The notes below the pieces were generated by a model, which was not told the DNA's origin, ran no database searches, and saw only the letters and a program-made list of their open reading frames with translations. This document shows positions 1 to 8,990 of a stretch of DNA of 32,000 nt, piece by piece. The position numbers and the translations under genes are program-made. The DNA is from Ignicoccus islandicus DSM 13165 (GTDB lineage Archaea; Thermoproteota; Thermoprotei_A; Sulfolobales; Ignicoccaceae), in the NCBI RefSeq assembly GCF_001481685.1, contig NZ_CP006867.1, positions 1,020,001-1,052,000 of the forward strand, given 5' to 3'. The stretch's first letter is position 1, and the number at the start of each line of letters is the position of its first letter.

Positions 1-263
1 TCAGCTACGGCTACCCTTCCGGGCACTCAGCTAGGGCAATGTGGGTAGCGCTCCACCTATCGGAGCTGTACCCCTCGCTCAGGCCAGCGCTTTTCGCTTA
101 CGCAATTGCCGTAGGGTGGTCGAGAGTAGAGCTTTGCGAGCACTTCCCCTTAGACGTCCTCGGGGGCTACTTAGTAGCATATTCGATAAGGAAAGCATTC
201 CCACTATTAAGGTCGAGGCTCGTTGTAAACGGGGTAAGGAATGAAAATAATACGAATAGGTAA
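1..263 (+). CDS. PAP2-family (phosphatidic acid phosphatase type 2) membrane phosphatase, C-terminal fragment truncated by window edge
   Basis: Frame 3 is open from the window edge: SYGYPSGHSARAMWVALHL...GWSRVELCEHFPLDVLGGYL. PSGHS and SRxxxxxHFPxDVxxG are PAP2 signature motifs. Confidence 0.85.
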   Translation, partial: SYGYPSGHSARAMWVALHLSELYPSLRPALFAYAIAVGWSRVELCEHFPLDVLGGYLVAYSIRKAFPLLRSRLVVNGVRNENNTNR

Positions 264-858
264 CTTCTCCATAGATGAGGCATTGAAGGAGGCTAAGAGA
301 GTTTTGGAAAAGGGAGGCTTAGTGATAGTCCCTACCGAAACCGTCTATGGAATAGCCTCTAAATTAGAGCACGCTCGAAGAATATACAAGGCGAAGAAGA
401 GGCCTAGGGACAAGCCCTTGCCGGTCCAAACGACCCTCTGTGACATTGAGAAGGTCGCTCAAATGAACGAGAAAGCCAGGCTTCTAGCTAAGAAGTTCTG
501 GCCCGGACCACTAACTATCGTTATGAAGGCCAAGCCCACCGTCCCAGAGGTAGTGACCGCCGGGACCGGTAAGGTCGGAGTTAGGGTACCGGCACACCCC
601 TTTACGCTGAGGTTACTTGAAATGGTAGGCCCGTTAGCGGTAACTTCGGCCAACTTGAGTGGAATGAAGAGCCCTAAGAGCCTAGAGGAGGTTACAGTTG
701 AAGCTGACTTAGCAATAGACGCTGGTCCCGTTAGTGGAACGCCTAGCACCGTAGTTGACGTTACGGGGCCCCAGTTGAAGATACTCAGAGAAGGGCCTAT
801 AAAGAGAAAAGACATAGAGAGAGTGATATATGGTGAGAACAAGGACTTCCTCTTCTGA
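241..858 (+). CDS. Sua5/YciO/YrdC-family L-threonylcarbamoyladenylate synthase
   Basis: Protein has ...KGGLVIVPTETVYGIASKL..., KxRPxxKPLPV, FWPGPLTIV, VGVRVPAHP, PLAVTSANLSG motifs of the YrdC domain. Confidence 0.93.
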   Translation: MKIIRIGNFSIDEALKEAKRVLEKGGLVIVPTETVYGIASKLEHARRIYKAKKRPRDKPLPVQTTLCDIEKVAQMNEKARLLAKKFWPGPLTIVMKAKPTVPEVVTAGTGKVGVRVPAHPFTLRLLEMVGPLAVTSANLSGMKSPKSLEEVTVEADLAIDAGPVSGTPSTVVDVTGPQLKILREGPIKRKDIERVIYGENKDFLF

Positions 859-907
859 AACAAAGTTAATTCCTCTTCGCTCCCATTAGGCTAAATGGGT
901 AAAGGTA

Positions 908-1870
908 GTGAGGATCCTCGTCACGGGCGGAGCCGGCTTCATGGGATCAACGTTAGTGAGACACCTCCTCGAAAAGGGCTTCGAAGTGCACGTTCTAGAC
1001 GCTCTAACTTACGCCGGTAGAATAGAGAATTTAATAGAAGTAATGAACGAGATTCAGTTCCACTTAGTGGACTTGAGGGACTTCGAAGCCCTCTACGATA
1101 CTCTGAAGAGCATCGAACCGGATCTAATTTTCCACTTAGCTGCCGAGACCCACGTGGACAGAGGAATAAGGAATCCCTATCCGTTCTTGGAAAGCAACGT
1201 CAGAGGTACTCTCCACCTATTGGAGGTAATAAGGAGGCTCGACCTAAAGGCTACCCTAACTAGTACGGACGAGGTCTACGGAGACTTGTGGGGCAAGCCT
1301 CCTTGCAACGAAGAGTGTCCCCTAAGACCGTCTAACCCCTACTCGGCTTCCAAGGCCGCTGCAGACATGTTCGCCCTTTCATACATAAGGACGTATGGAG
1401 TGGAAGTGAACATAGTTAGGCCAGCCAACAACTACGGCCCTAGGCAGTACCCAGAGAAACTTATACCTAGAACCATCCTAAGGATAATGAGCGGCAAGAG
1501 GCCGCTAATACACGGAACGGGAAAGCAAATTAGGTCTTGGCTATACGTAGAGGACTTCGCCGAAGGTATAACTACAGTTGGCTTGAAGGGAAAGAAAGGA
1601 GAAATATATAACTTACCGGGCGAAAGGGAACTAAGCGTTATAGAGGTAGTTAAGACCATATTGAGGATAATGGGGAAGGACGAGGACTGGATAGAGTTCA
1701 CTGAAGACAGGCCCGGCCAAGACATGAGGTACGCCATGGTTGGGGAAAAGGTCAAGGCACTCGGCTGGGAGCCGAAGGTTACGTTTGAAGAAGGGATAAA
1801 GAGGACGGTAGATTGGTACTTGAACAACAAGTGGTGGTGGGAACCGCTTTTAAGCATTGAGAAAATTTGA
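908..1870 (+). CDS. dTDP-glucose 4,6-dehydratase / NAD-dependent epimerase-dehydratase (extended SDR)
   Basis: GGAGFMGS nucleotide-binding motif, HLAAETHVDR, TSTDEVYGD, YSASKAAAD catalytic motif, RPANNYGPRQYPEKLIP. Confidence 0.92.
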   Translation: MRILVTGGAGFMGSTLVRHLLEKGFEVHVLDALTYAGRIENLIEVMNEIQFHLVDLRDFEALYDTLKSIEPDLIFHLAAETHVDRGIRNPYPFLESNVRGTLHLLEVIRRLDLKATLTSTDEVYGDLWGKPPCNEECPLRPSNPYSASKAAADMFALSYIRTYGVEVNIVRPANNYGPRQYPEKLIPRTILRIMSGKRPLIHGTGKQIRSWLYVEDFAEGITTVGLKGKKGEIYNLPGERELSVIEVVKTILRIMGKDEDWIEFTEDRPGQDMRYAMVGEKVKALGWEPKVTFEEGIKRTVDWYLNNKWWWEPLLSIEKI

Positions 1871-2323
1871 GATCACTTCGAACAGCTCGCCGCACTCAAC
1901 GGGCAAGTGACCCTTAACTCCGACCTCCTCATCGCTCCCTACTGCTTTAACAATGGCTTTCGCCATTTCAATTGCGTTGTTCAAAACTTCCACTGCATTA
2001 AAGCCCCTAGGGGGGTTGAATGTTAAGGTTAACCATTCCTCGTCCTCGTGGGCGCTCATTAATGCGGGCAAGGCGCGTTCTAGGGCCCTCCTATCGACCT
2101 TCCATTGATCCTTCTTCAAGTGGACTCTAATGGCCAACGGCACTACGAAGTCTTCGACGTCGTTATAGTAAAGCCTGAGGGCCACGTAAGGCCTCTCGGA
2201 AAGCACCACATCGAAGCAATAAAGTCCTTCGGAGGCGCTCTGTTGAGTTGCATCTAGGGCGTAAACGCCCCCCACTCCTAGCTCCTCGAACGCCTCGTAT
2301 AGTTCCTTCAGCGGTATTTTCAT
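1850..2323 (-). CDS. Conserved hypothetical protein (157 aa)
   Basis: Long ORF whose stop-start region overlaps the next upstream gene (2320..2323), i.e. operon-like coupling. No family recognised. Confidence 0.7.
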   Translation of the reverse strand: MKIPLKELYEAFEELGVGGVYALDATQQSASEGLYCFDVVLSERPYVALRLYYNDVEDFVVPLAIRVHLKKDQWKVDRRALERALPALMSAHEDEEWLTLTFNPPRGFNAVEVLNNAIEMAKAIVKAVGSDEEVGVKGHLPVECGELFEVISNFLNA

Positions 2324-3135
2324 CTAACCACCCTGAACTCGGGGAGAGAGGGTATCAATCCCTTCTCGTGTGCCCTCTTATAGAGTTCCCTTAACGCCTC
2401 CTCGCCTTCCTCGCCCATATCTATAGTATACTCGTTAACGTACATTCGAACGAACCTCTCAACTAGGTCTTCGCTTAACCCCCTAGCGAAGGGAAGCGCG
2501 TACTCCAAGGCCTCCTTGGGGTGGTTTAAGGAATACTCAACCGCTTCCCTCCATATCTTAGCCCAGTCGCTGGAAATTTCCCTCTTGGCTACGTCCAATC
2601 CCAAGGGGGTCGGTAAGCCGGTCTCCTCGTACCACGCCTCTCCTAAGTCTATGACCTTCTTCAAGCCCAATTCCGAGTAAGTTATTTGACCTTCATGTAT
2701 TAGAACCCCAGCGTCTACCTCCCCTTCCAAAACGCTCTTAGGAATCTCATCGAACTTGATCACTACGTACTCGACTTCAGGTAAGTAGAGCCTAGAGAGC
2801 AATGCGGCCGTTGTGTACTTACCGGGTATGGCCACTCTCTTGCCCTTTAGGTCCTCCAAGTGGAGTTCCTCTCTGGCAACCACAACTGGGCCGTACCCCT
2901 TGCCCATGCTCGCTCCCGAGGCCAACACGTCGTATTTATCTGATACGTACGCGTAAGCGTGGGCGGAGACTGCCGTTACGTCCACTTCCCCTTTAAAGGC
3001 TAAGGCGTTAAGGGTCTCGATGTCCTCAACTACTTCCTCTACTTCGTAACCCCTTAAGTCAATTAATTTCTTCTTTATAGGGTAGAACATGAAGGCGTCG
3101 TCCGGATCAGGGCTGTGGCCTACTTTCACTTTCAA
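2320..3135 (-). CDS. MqnA/MqnD-family periplasmic-binding-fold protein (1,4-dihydroxy-6-naphthoate synthase-like)
   Basis: N-terminal GHSPDPDDAFMFYPI is characteristic of MqnD; also DIETLN, VTAVSAHAY and ESLHYSL-like C-terminus. Confidence 0.75.
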   Translation of the reverse strand: MKVKVGHSPDPDDAFMFYPIKKKLIDLRGYEVEEVVEDIETLNALAFKGEVDVTAVSAHAYAYVSDKYDVLASGASMGKGYGPVVVAREELHLEDLKGKRVAIPGKYTTAALLSRLYLPEVEYVVIKFDEIPKSVLEGEVDAGVLIHEGQITYSELGLKKVIDLGEAWYEETGLPTPLGLDVAKREISSDWAKIWREAVEYSLNHPKEALEYALPFARGLSEDLVERFVRMYVNEYTIDMGEEGEEALRELYKRAHEKGLIPSLPEFRVVR

Positions 3136-3213
3136 CGTGCTTTACCTCACGTTTGCAAGCGACTGACTTAATTAATTAAACACAATACCGAACTACGCAG
3201 TAGGTAACGGAAG

Positions 3214-4548
3214 TTGCTAGATGGGGTTAGGGAAGCGGTTAGGAAGTTCCTGAAGTCCTCCGCAGACTACGAGACAGCTGTTAACGCTTTCATTAAGGAA
3301 TTACAAAAGACCTTGATAAAGTCTGACGTGAACGTTAGGCTAGTCCTCCAGTTAACGAAGAAGATAAAGGAGAGGGCACTAAAGGAGAAACCCCCGCCGG
3401 GGGCCTCCAAGAGGGATTGGTTCATAAAGATAGTCTACGAGGAGCTATCCAACCTCTTCGGCGGCGACGTAGAGCCCGAAGTGAAGCCGAAGAAAGTGCC
3501 GTGGGTAGTAATGTTGGTTGGAGTCCAAGGGAGCGGCAAGACGACCACTGCAGGGAAGCTCGCCCGCTTTTACAAGGTGAGAGGTTACAAGGTGGCTCTC
3601 ATTGCCGCAGATACCTACAGGCCCGGAGCGAGGGACCAGTTAAGGCAATTAGCTGAGAGGGCCGGGGTGCTCTTTTACACGGAAGACGTCGACGACGCCG
3701 TTCAAATAGCCAAGAGGGGCGTCGAGTGGGCTAAGGGAAAAGGCGCGGAAGTGATAATAGTCGATACCGCGGGAAGGCACAAGAACGAAATTGATCTACT
3801 TAATGAGATGGAGAACATAGCTAAGGAAATATCTCCGGACGAGGTCATGTTGGTAATTGATGCAGGAATAGGCCAACAAGCGAAGGCGTTAGCAGAGAGC
3901 TTCCACAAGAGAACTCCAATAGGCAGCATCGTGGTTACGAAGCTCGACGGTACCGCTAAGGGCGGTGGAGCGCTTTCAGCAGTAGCCGTTACCGGTGCAA
4001 CGATAAAGTTCATTGGAACTGGTGAGAAACTGGACGAACTAGAAGTCTTCAAGCCGAAGAAGTTCGTTGCGAGAATACTCGGACTAGGCGATCTAGAGGG
4101 ACTGCTTGAGAGGCTAAAGGAAGTAGAGGAGTCAGGAAAGCTAGAAGAGATAAGTCAAAAGATAATTGAAAAAGGTGACCTAACTCTCGAGGACCTATAC
4201 TATCAGATAGTATCAATGAAGAAGATGGGTTCTCTGAAGAAACTACTGCAGATGTTGCCCGGAGTTGGGTTGATGGGTGGCAACGACTTACTTAAGCAAG
4301 TAGACGACAAAGTTCTGGATAAGTGGTTAGCCATAATGAACTCAATGACCATAGAGGAACTGAGGAAGCCAAACATAATAAACAGATCTAGAATGAGGAG
4401 AATAGCGATCGGGTCCGGTACTTCAGTTAAAGACGTAGAAGAGTTACTTAAACATTACAACATGTCGAAGAAGATGATCAAGCAACTGAAGAGGAAGAAG
4501 GGCATGCTGGCTAAGTTAATGAAACAGATGGAAGGCGCAGGTTTCTAA
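3214..4548 (+). CDS. srp54: Signal recognition particle 54 kDa protein (SRP54/Ffh GTPase)
   Basis: TTG start. GVQGSGKTTTAGKLA (P-loop), DTYRPGARDQL, DTAGRHKNE, TKLDGTAKGGGALSA, Met-rich M domain ending MRRIAIGSGTSVKDVEELLKHY...KRKKGML. Confidence 0.97.
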   Translation: MLDGVREAVRKFLKSSADYETAVNAFIKELQKTLIKSDVNVRLVLQLTKKIKERALKEKPPPGASKRDWFIKIVYEELSNLFGGDVEPEVKPKKVPWVVMLVGVQGSGKTTTAGKLARFYKVRGYKVALIAADTYRPGARDQLRQLAERAGVLFYTEDVDDAVQIAKRGVEWAKGKGAEVIIVDTAGRHKNEIDLLNEMENIAKEISPDEVMLVIDAGIGQQAKALAESFHKRTPIGSIVVTKLDGTAKGGGALSAVAVTGATIKFIGTGEKLDELEVFKPKKFVARILGLGDLEGLLERLKEVEESGKLEEISQKIIEKGDLTLEDLYYQIVSMKKMGSLKKLLQMLPGVGLMGGNDLLKQVDDKVLDKWLAIMNSMTIEELRKPNIINRSRMRRIAIGSGTSVKDVEELLKHYNMSKKMIKQLKRKKGMLAKLMKQMEGAGF

Positions 4549-5210
4549 GAACTACGCTTTATCTCGTTTCATTTCATCTCGCACTTCGTTTTCCTCAAGC
4601 GTTACCTCAAACCTCTTTATCGTTAGAACTTTCGCGCCTTTACTCCTCAACTCTACTCTCTAATTTTAGAAATGGTTTTGCTGTGATGAACGGAAGCGCC
4701 TATCTATAAGCGTTCCTTGTTCCTAATTGGATCTTTAAAAGCCGTACTTAGGAAGAGAACGCACGTGAATTTGGTAAGAGAGTTACCCCTTCTCACTGGT
4801 CGTATGGTCGGTTGACGCAATGCTACGTAGCCACCACTAAGTGTTATCTATGTAGTCGTAGTTATTAAGACAATGTCGCGAAGTATTGTTAACTTCAGAG
4901 GCGATGCCGAAGTTCTACTATACATCTAACAACTTCGGTACACCTTAAACGATACTTAAAAGCAGTCAATTAACCTCGGTCAGCGAAAGAACCTATTGTA
5001 ATGGCAGTCCTACCGTGACTTCGAAGCACTGGATCGAGGACTCCGAAGGCTCGGGACATAAAAACTGTGTTCCCGGGGAAAATCATGAATTGGAAACGGT
5101 CTTCGCAAATTCTCATCACCGCGGATATCAATGCGGATAATCTGGAAACACCGGCTTCTAGGGGAAAGACTAATTGTCCCGATGCACTTAATGTATGAGT
5201 GGGGCTAGAA

Positions 5211-5432
5211 TTGTCCAAGGTTATAAGAGTAAGATACGAGGGTGGCGTTCTGAAGCCGCTTGAACCTCTAGGGTTTAGTGAGGGCGAGGAACTTATCGTG
5301 GAAGTGAAGAGGCAAGTAGCTGGGAAAGGTATAGAACAGTTCTTTGGAGTGGTTAAGACTAAGAAAAGGAGGACTCTCATCGGGGAGGAGGATTACTATG
5401 AACACGTCTCAGAGAGGGGTGGTGTTCCTTGA
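5211..5432 (+). CDS. DUF104 / AF2212-like (VapB-type) antitoxin
   Basis: (M)SKVIRVRYEGGVLKPLEPLGFSEGEELIVEVKR is the typical DUF104 signature. TTG start chosen because it is the only start conserved in all four paralogues; a GTG at 5199 is the alternative. Confidence 0.85.
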   Translation: MSKVIRVRYEGGVLKPLEPLGFSEGEELIVEVKRQVAGKGIEQFFGVVKTKKRRTLIGEEDYYEHVSERGGVP

Positions 5433-5868
5433 TAGTAGCATTATCATTCGCTACTTCCTAGGAGATAGCAAGGCCAAAGAGGTTCTAGAAGATGACTCTA
5501 AATTCGCTATAAACTCTATAGTTTATAGCGAGGTAGCTTTTAACCTCTTAAAACTTCTATACGTAGATAAATATAGTAGATACCAGTTTTATGACATGAA
5601 GTCGGCAATATCTAGCCGCGATAGTGACCTCCTAAGAGGATACAGGATACTCTACTCGTTCATAGACGAGCTTCTAGGCGAGGAGAGGCTAGTATTCCTC
5701 CCAATAACTTTAGAGGTAATAGAAGAGGCAACTAGGATAGCCACAGAATACGGCTTACTACCAAACGACTCACTCATAGCAGCAACATGTAAGCATTATG
5801 AAATAAACGCCATAGCCACTTTCGATGAGGACTTCAGGCGAATCCCATGGCTAAAAGTAATTCCATAA
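5398..5868 (+). CDS. vapC: PIN-domain ribonuclease toxin (VapC family)
   Basis: VVFLDSSIIIRYFLG...N-terminal Asp, mid EV, C-terminal DSLIAATCKHYEINAIATFDEDFRRIPW. Overlaps the antitoxin 3' end; GTG at 5419 is an alternative start. Confidence 0.88.
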   Translation: MNTSQRGVVFLDSSIIIRYFLGDSKAKEVLEDDSKFAINSIVYSEVAFNLLKLLYVDKYSRYQFYDMKSAISSRDSDLLRGYRILYSFIDELLGEERLVFLPITLEVIEEATRIATEYGLLPNDSLIAATCKHYEINAIATFDEDFRRIPWLKVIP

Positions 5869-6225
5869 CTCATCGATGGATTACCAAATAGGATAATCCT
5901 CTAAGAAGCATGAACCAACCTAGATTCCTGCCATGATTTAGAGTTGCAGCACAGCTTCTCAGAAAGAAGATTCTTATTCATGTAGTATTTGGTTTATATG
6001 TGTAGTACTTATGTAACGGGACAGCCGGGATTTGAACCCGGGACCACGGGCTCCGAAGGCCGGAGATATATAAGCAGCGTTTCCAATGGAAACCATTGAA
6101 TGGAAGCAAACTTCACAATCAGTTATCGTTAGATGATGTCATAGGTGATAACGTGGAAACAGGTTGTAGGGCTGAGGTAAATGGCTAATTGTCCCCGATG
6201 CACTAGTATAAGTGGGAGCTAGATA

Positions 6226-6429
6226 TTGTCTAAAGTCGTAAGGGTAAGATATGAGAAGGGAGTACTCAAGCCGCTGGATAGGATTGAGTTTCGGGAGGGA
6301 GAGGAGTTACGGGTTGTGATACTTCCTAGGGAGTTCCCTGAGCTTCTAAGAGAAGTTGAGGTAGAGGCTAAGGAAGACATCGATAAAGTGCTCAGGGAGG
6401 CCCGTGAGAGATGGAGACAGTGGTATTAG
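6226..6429 (+). CDS. DUF104 / AF2212-like antitoxin
   Basis: TTG start; MSKVVRVRYEKGVLKPLDRIEFREGEELRVVI. Confidence 0.85.
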   Translation: MSKVVRVRYEKGVLKPLDRIEFREGEELRVVILPREFPELLREVEVEAKEDIDKVLREARERWRQWY

Positions 6430-6888
6430 ATAGCAGCGTCATCGTTAAGGCTATCGTAAAGCCTGGGCACTGGCTTCCAATCGAGGTGTATCGTAGAGAA
6501 GCTGAGACGCATAAGAAAGCCAGAAAAGTAATTGAACTCCTAAAACAAAGAAATCGCACGGTCGTTTTCCCATTTCCCGTTCTAGTCGAAGTTGCCGCTG
6601 TGATATCTAGGCTTGTAAGTAGAGAGTTGGCTGAGAACAATTGAATCACTCCGTACCACTACGAACTACATAGTCGTTGACGAGAAAGATATACGAGAGG
6701 AAGCAATCAAGGTTGCCATCGAAACAGGTAGCTCGGGCTTTGACGCATATGTTTTGGCGACTGCGTTAAAGTATAATGCTGTACTTATAACAGACGATGA
6801 GCCAATGAGCATACATGCCAAGAAAGAAAAACTGGAATACATCCTTCTACGGAGTGTATCATTAAGTGAGCTCGAGGATTTAATCTAG
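6411..6888 (+). pseudogene. PIN-domain toxin (VapC family), split by a frameshift near 6640
   Basis: Frame from 6411: METVVLDSSVIVKAIVKPG...SRELAENN*. Continues in another frame from ~6640: IESLRTTTNYIVVDEKDIREEAIKVAIETGSSGFDAYVLATALKYNAVLITDDEPM... to TAG 6886-6888. Together they form a full PIN domain. Confidence 0.8.
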
Positions 6889-7190
6889 AATTTCTTGTTA
6901 TACCTTGAGAACATTTACAGGCTCATTCGAATACTTAACTCTTAGTCTTAGAATTTTTTGAAAACAAGATGAACACGTATGTGGCACCCGCCGGGATTTG
7001 GAACCGGGACTACGGGCTTCATAGGCTTGGGGCTTATAAACCATGTTTCCAAGAGAAACCATGAATTAGAAACGCCCTTCACAAATGGTTACCGCTAGAG
7101 GTATCAGAGCGAATAATCTGGAAACACGCTGTAGGGTTGGGGTAAAGCGCTAATTGCCCTGATGCACCTAATGTATAAGTGGGGCTAGAA

Positions 7191-7391
7191 TTGTCCAAGG
7201 TTATAAGAGTAAGATACGAGAAGGGCGTGCTAAAGCCTCTAGAGCCAGTAGAACTTAGAGAAGGTGAAGAGATAGTCGTCTTTATACGTAAGCGTAGGGT
7301 TGGCGAGGTTCTTAAGAAGTATGCTGGAATGTTTGGTAGGGCTGACATAGAGGAGCTAAGGAAGTACGAGGAGGAGGCCCAGGCACAGTGA
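7191..7391 (+). CDS. DUF104 / AF2212-like antitoxin
   Basis: (M)SKVIRVRYEKGVLKPLEPVELREGEEIVVFIRK; conserved TTG start (GTG at 7179 alternative). Confidence 0.88.
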   Translation: MSKVIRVRYEKGVLKPLEPVELREGEEIVVFIRKRRVGEVLKKYAGMFGRADIEELRKYEEEAQAQ

Positions 7392-7840
7392 GCAAGGTGT
7401 TCATTGACACCAATATATTTTACAACATATTATTTGAGACCGGTCTCACTCAGATAGCTCGAAAGTTACTAGAAGATTATGAAGAAAACATGTTCTACAC
7501 AAGTATAACTGTGGTGAACGAGCTACTCTACATATCCACAAGAAAGCACTACCAAACCACTGGAGAGATTAGCGGACCTTATAGCCTAAGAAGGCTAATA
7601 GCGAGCAAAGGGTATCCCAAGCTTATCGTCGACGGTATACGTAAACTATTAAGAGACCTTGAAGTGGAAGTACTAATAGAAACCGTAGGTTATCAGGATA
7701 TGATAGAAACAGCGAGTAGCCTAAATCTCCTGCCGAGCGACACCATCATAGCACTGACATGCAGACACTACGGCATTGATACTATCCTAACCTTTGACGA
7801 GGACTTCAAGCGTGTTCCATGGCTCAAGGTTATTCCCTAA
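7388..7840 (+). CDS. vapC: PIN-domain ribonuclease toxin (VapC family)
   Basis: GTGA overlap with antitoxin. MSKVFIDTNIFYNILF...EL...LLPSDTIIALTCRHYGIDTILTFDEDFKRVPW. Confidence 0.9.
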   Translation: MSKVFIDTNIFYNILFETGLTQIARKLLEDYEENMFYTSITVVNELLYISTRKHYQTTGEISGPYSLRRLIASKGYPKLIVDGIRKLLRDLEVEVLIETVGYQDMIETASSLNLLPSDTIIALTCRHYGIDTILTFDEDFKRVPWLKVIP

Positions 7841-7868
7841 ATATGAGCCAGACCTACTCTGATTCAAT

Positions 7869-8078
7869 GTGCGTTGTTTGGTGAAACCCAGCTCTTTCAA
7901 GCTTAAGTTCTTGTACTATATGAGTTCTCTACTAATGTTATTTCTCTCAATACTTGTTTTAATAGCCCCTATAGGCGCTGTAGTTTCAATGGCTAGCAAT
8001 GAAAAGGTTTACCCGGTTATTCCAATAGTGTTTGTAAGTCTATTTATATTCTCCATGTTAGGGTTTTATGCGAGTTGA
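7869..8078 (+). CDS. Small putative membrane protein (69 aa), doubtful
   Basis: Two hydrophobic stretches (LLMLFLSILVLIAPIGAVVSMA; VIPIVFVSLFIFSMLGFYA). No homology recognised. Confidence 0.3.
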   Translation: MRCLVKPSSFKLKFLYYMSSLLMLFLSILVLIAPIGAVVSMASNEKVYPVIPIVFVSLFIFSMLGFYAS

Positions 8079-8777
8079 TTCCCCTTACTTAGAAGGTTAC
8101 ACAGCCATACTATTGTGGTGACAAGGTGGTACGACCCCACAATACCTAGAGAATATAGGACTCAAAATGAGGCGCGTGTCATGGTTCTTCGAAAGGAGCA
8201 GATATTATGAAGCAACAATTAGTGGCAAAACATTAATAACAATCTCTGTAAATCTGCACATACCTAGAATATTTAGGGAAAAGGAGAATTACCTACGGTA
8301 AAAGTAGCCATTTACTTAATACCAAAGGATATGGGCGAAGCAGAGAAAACCCGGCTCGAGAAGGCTATACAAAAAGCTATGGATAAGAATAAGCCTATCA
8401 TCCATTGATGAGCCATAGACGTTGTTTCGTGTAGAGAATACGCAACTTGCTCATCGTTAACTAGCGGAGACACGTTATCGCATTGCATGGGTTTATCCTT
8501 TGACAACCTTGTAGTCTCATTATATCTAGACTAAGACGGAAAAGTAGCACGAAAGAACGCACATAGAAATAAGTACTTTTGAGTAGCAGGACCACCGGGA
8601 TTTGAACCCGACCCCGACTCACCAGTGCCCTATAAACAAGGTTTCCCGAAGAAACCATTGCCTGGAAACATCCTTCACAAACGATTATCGAGTAATGCTA
8701 TCAAGATAGTCTGGAAACGTTTTATTCTGCGAAGGGTATATTGGGGTTTGACTCTATAAGTGTATTTGGGGTTGAAT

Positions 8778-8990
8778 TTGTCTTCCAAGGTTAGGGTTGT
8801 GCGTGCACGATATGAGAATGGAGTGCTAAAGCCTCTAGAGCCAGTAGAGCTTAAGGATGGAGAGGAGGTTCTGGTTAGGGTGGAAAGGCTCGAGAGTAGG
8901 GAGAATATTGTAGAGAAGTTCTATGGAAGACGCGGTCCAGCCCCGAAAGAGCTACTGGACGAGTTTATGCTTGAGGCTGAGGCTCAGTGA
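8778..8990 (+). CDS. DUF104 / AF2212-like antitoxin
   Basis: (M)SSKVRVVRARYENGVLKPLEPVELKDGEEVLVRVERLE; TTG at 8778 (upstream GTG 8760 alternative). Confidence 0.86.
   Translation: MSSKVRVVRARYENGVLKPLEPVELKDGEEVLVRVERLESRENIVEKFYGRRGPAPKELLDEFMLEAEAQ

Larger units (their letters stand above)
4990..5870 (+). repeat. Tandem toxin-antitoxin cassette A (tRNA-like fragment + leader + antitoxin + PIN toxin)
   Basis: Aligns by eye with cassettes B, C and D over the ~200 nt preceding the antitoxin. 43 nt identical to cassette C (5198-5240 = 7178-7220). Confidence 0.8.
6005..6888 (+). repeat. Tandem toxin-antitoxin cassette B
   Basis: Same order as cassette A: tRNA-like fragment (6015-6062), TATA-like tata at ~6066-6072, GTTTCC-AAT-GGAAAC hairpin, leader, antitoxin, PIN toxin. 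Confidence 0.8.
6975..7840 (+). repeat. Tandem toxin-antitoxin cassette C
   Basis: tRNA-like fragment at 6984-7030, TTATAAAC at ~7034, hairpin, leader, antitoxin, PIN toxin. Confidence 0.8.

Noticed and set aside
4600-4980. Possible small RNA genes downstream of SRP54
   Set aside because: Some short complementary stretches exist, but no consistent fold, promoter or conservation could be supported from one sequence.
4970-5380. Minus-strand ORFs antisense to antitoxins (4970..5380, 7079..7348)
   Set aside because: They mirror the conserved leader and antitoxin codons. Similarity between them is explained by cassette duplication on the plus strand.
8588-8632. Possibility that the cassette tRNA-like fragments are functional tRNAs
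   Set aside because: Only the anticodon-loop to T-arm/3' portion is present. No D-arm or 5' acceptor strand follows; a TATA-like box and hairpin replace them.
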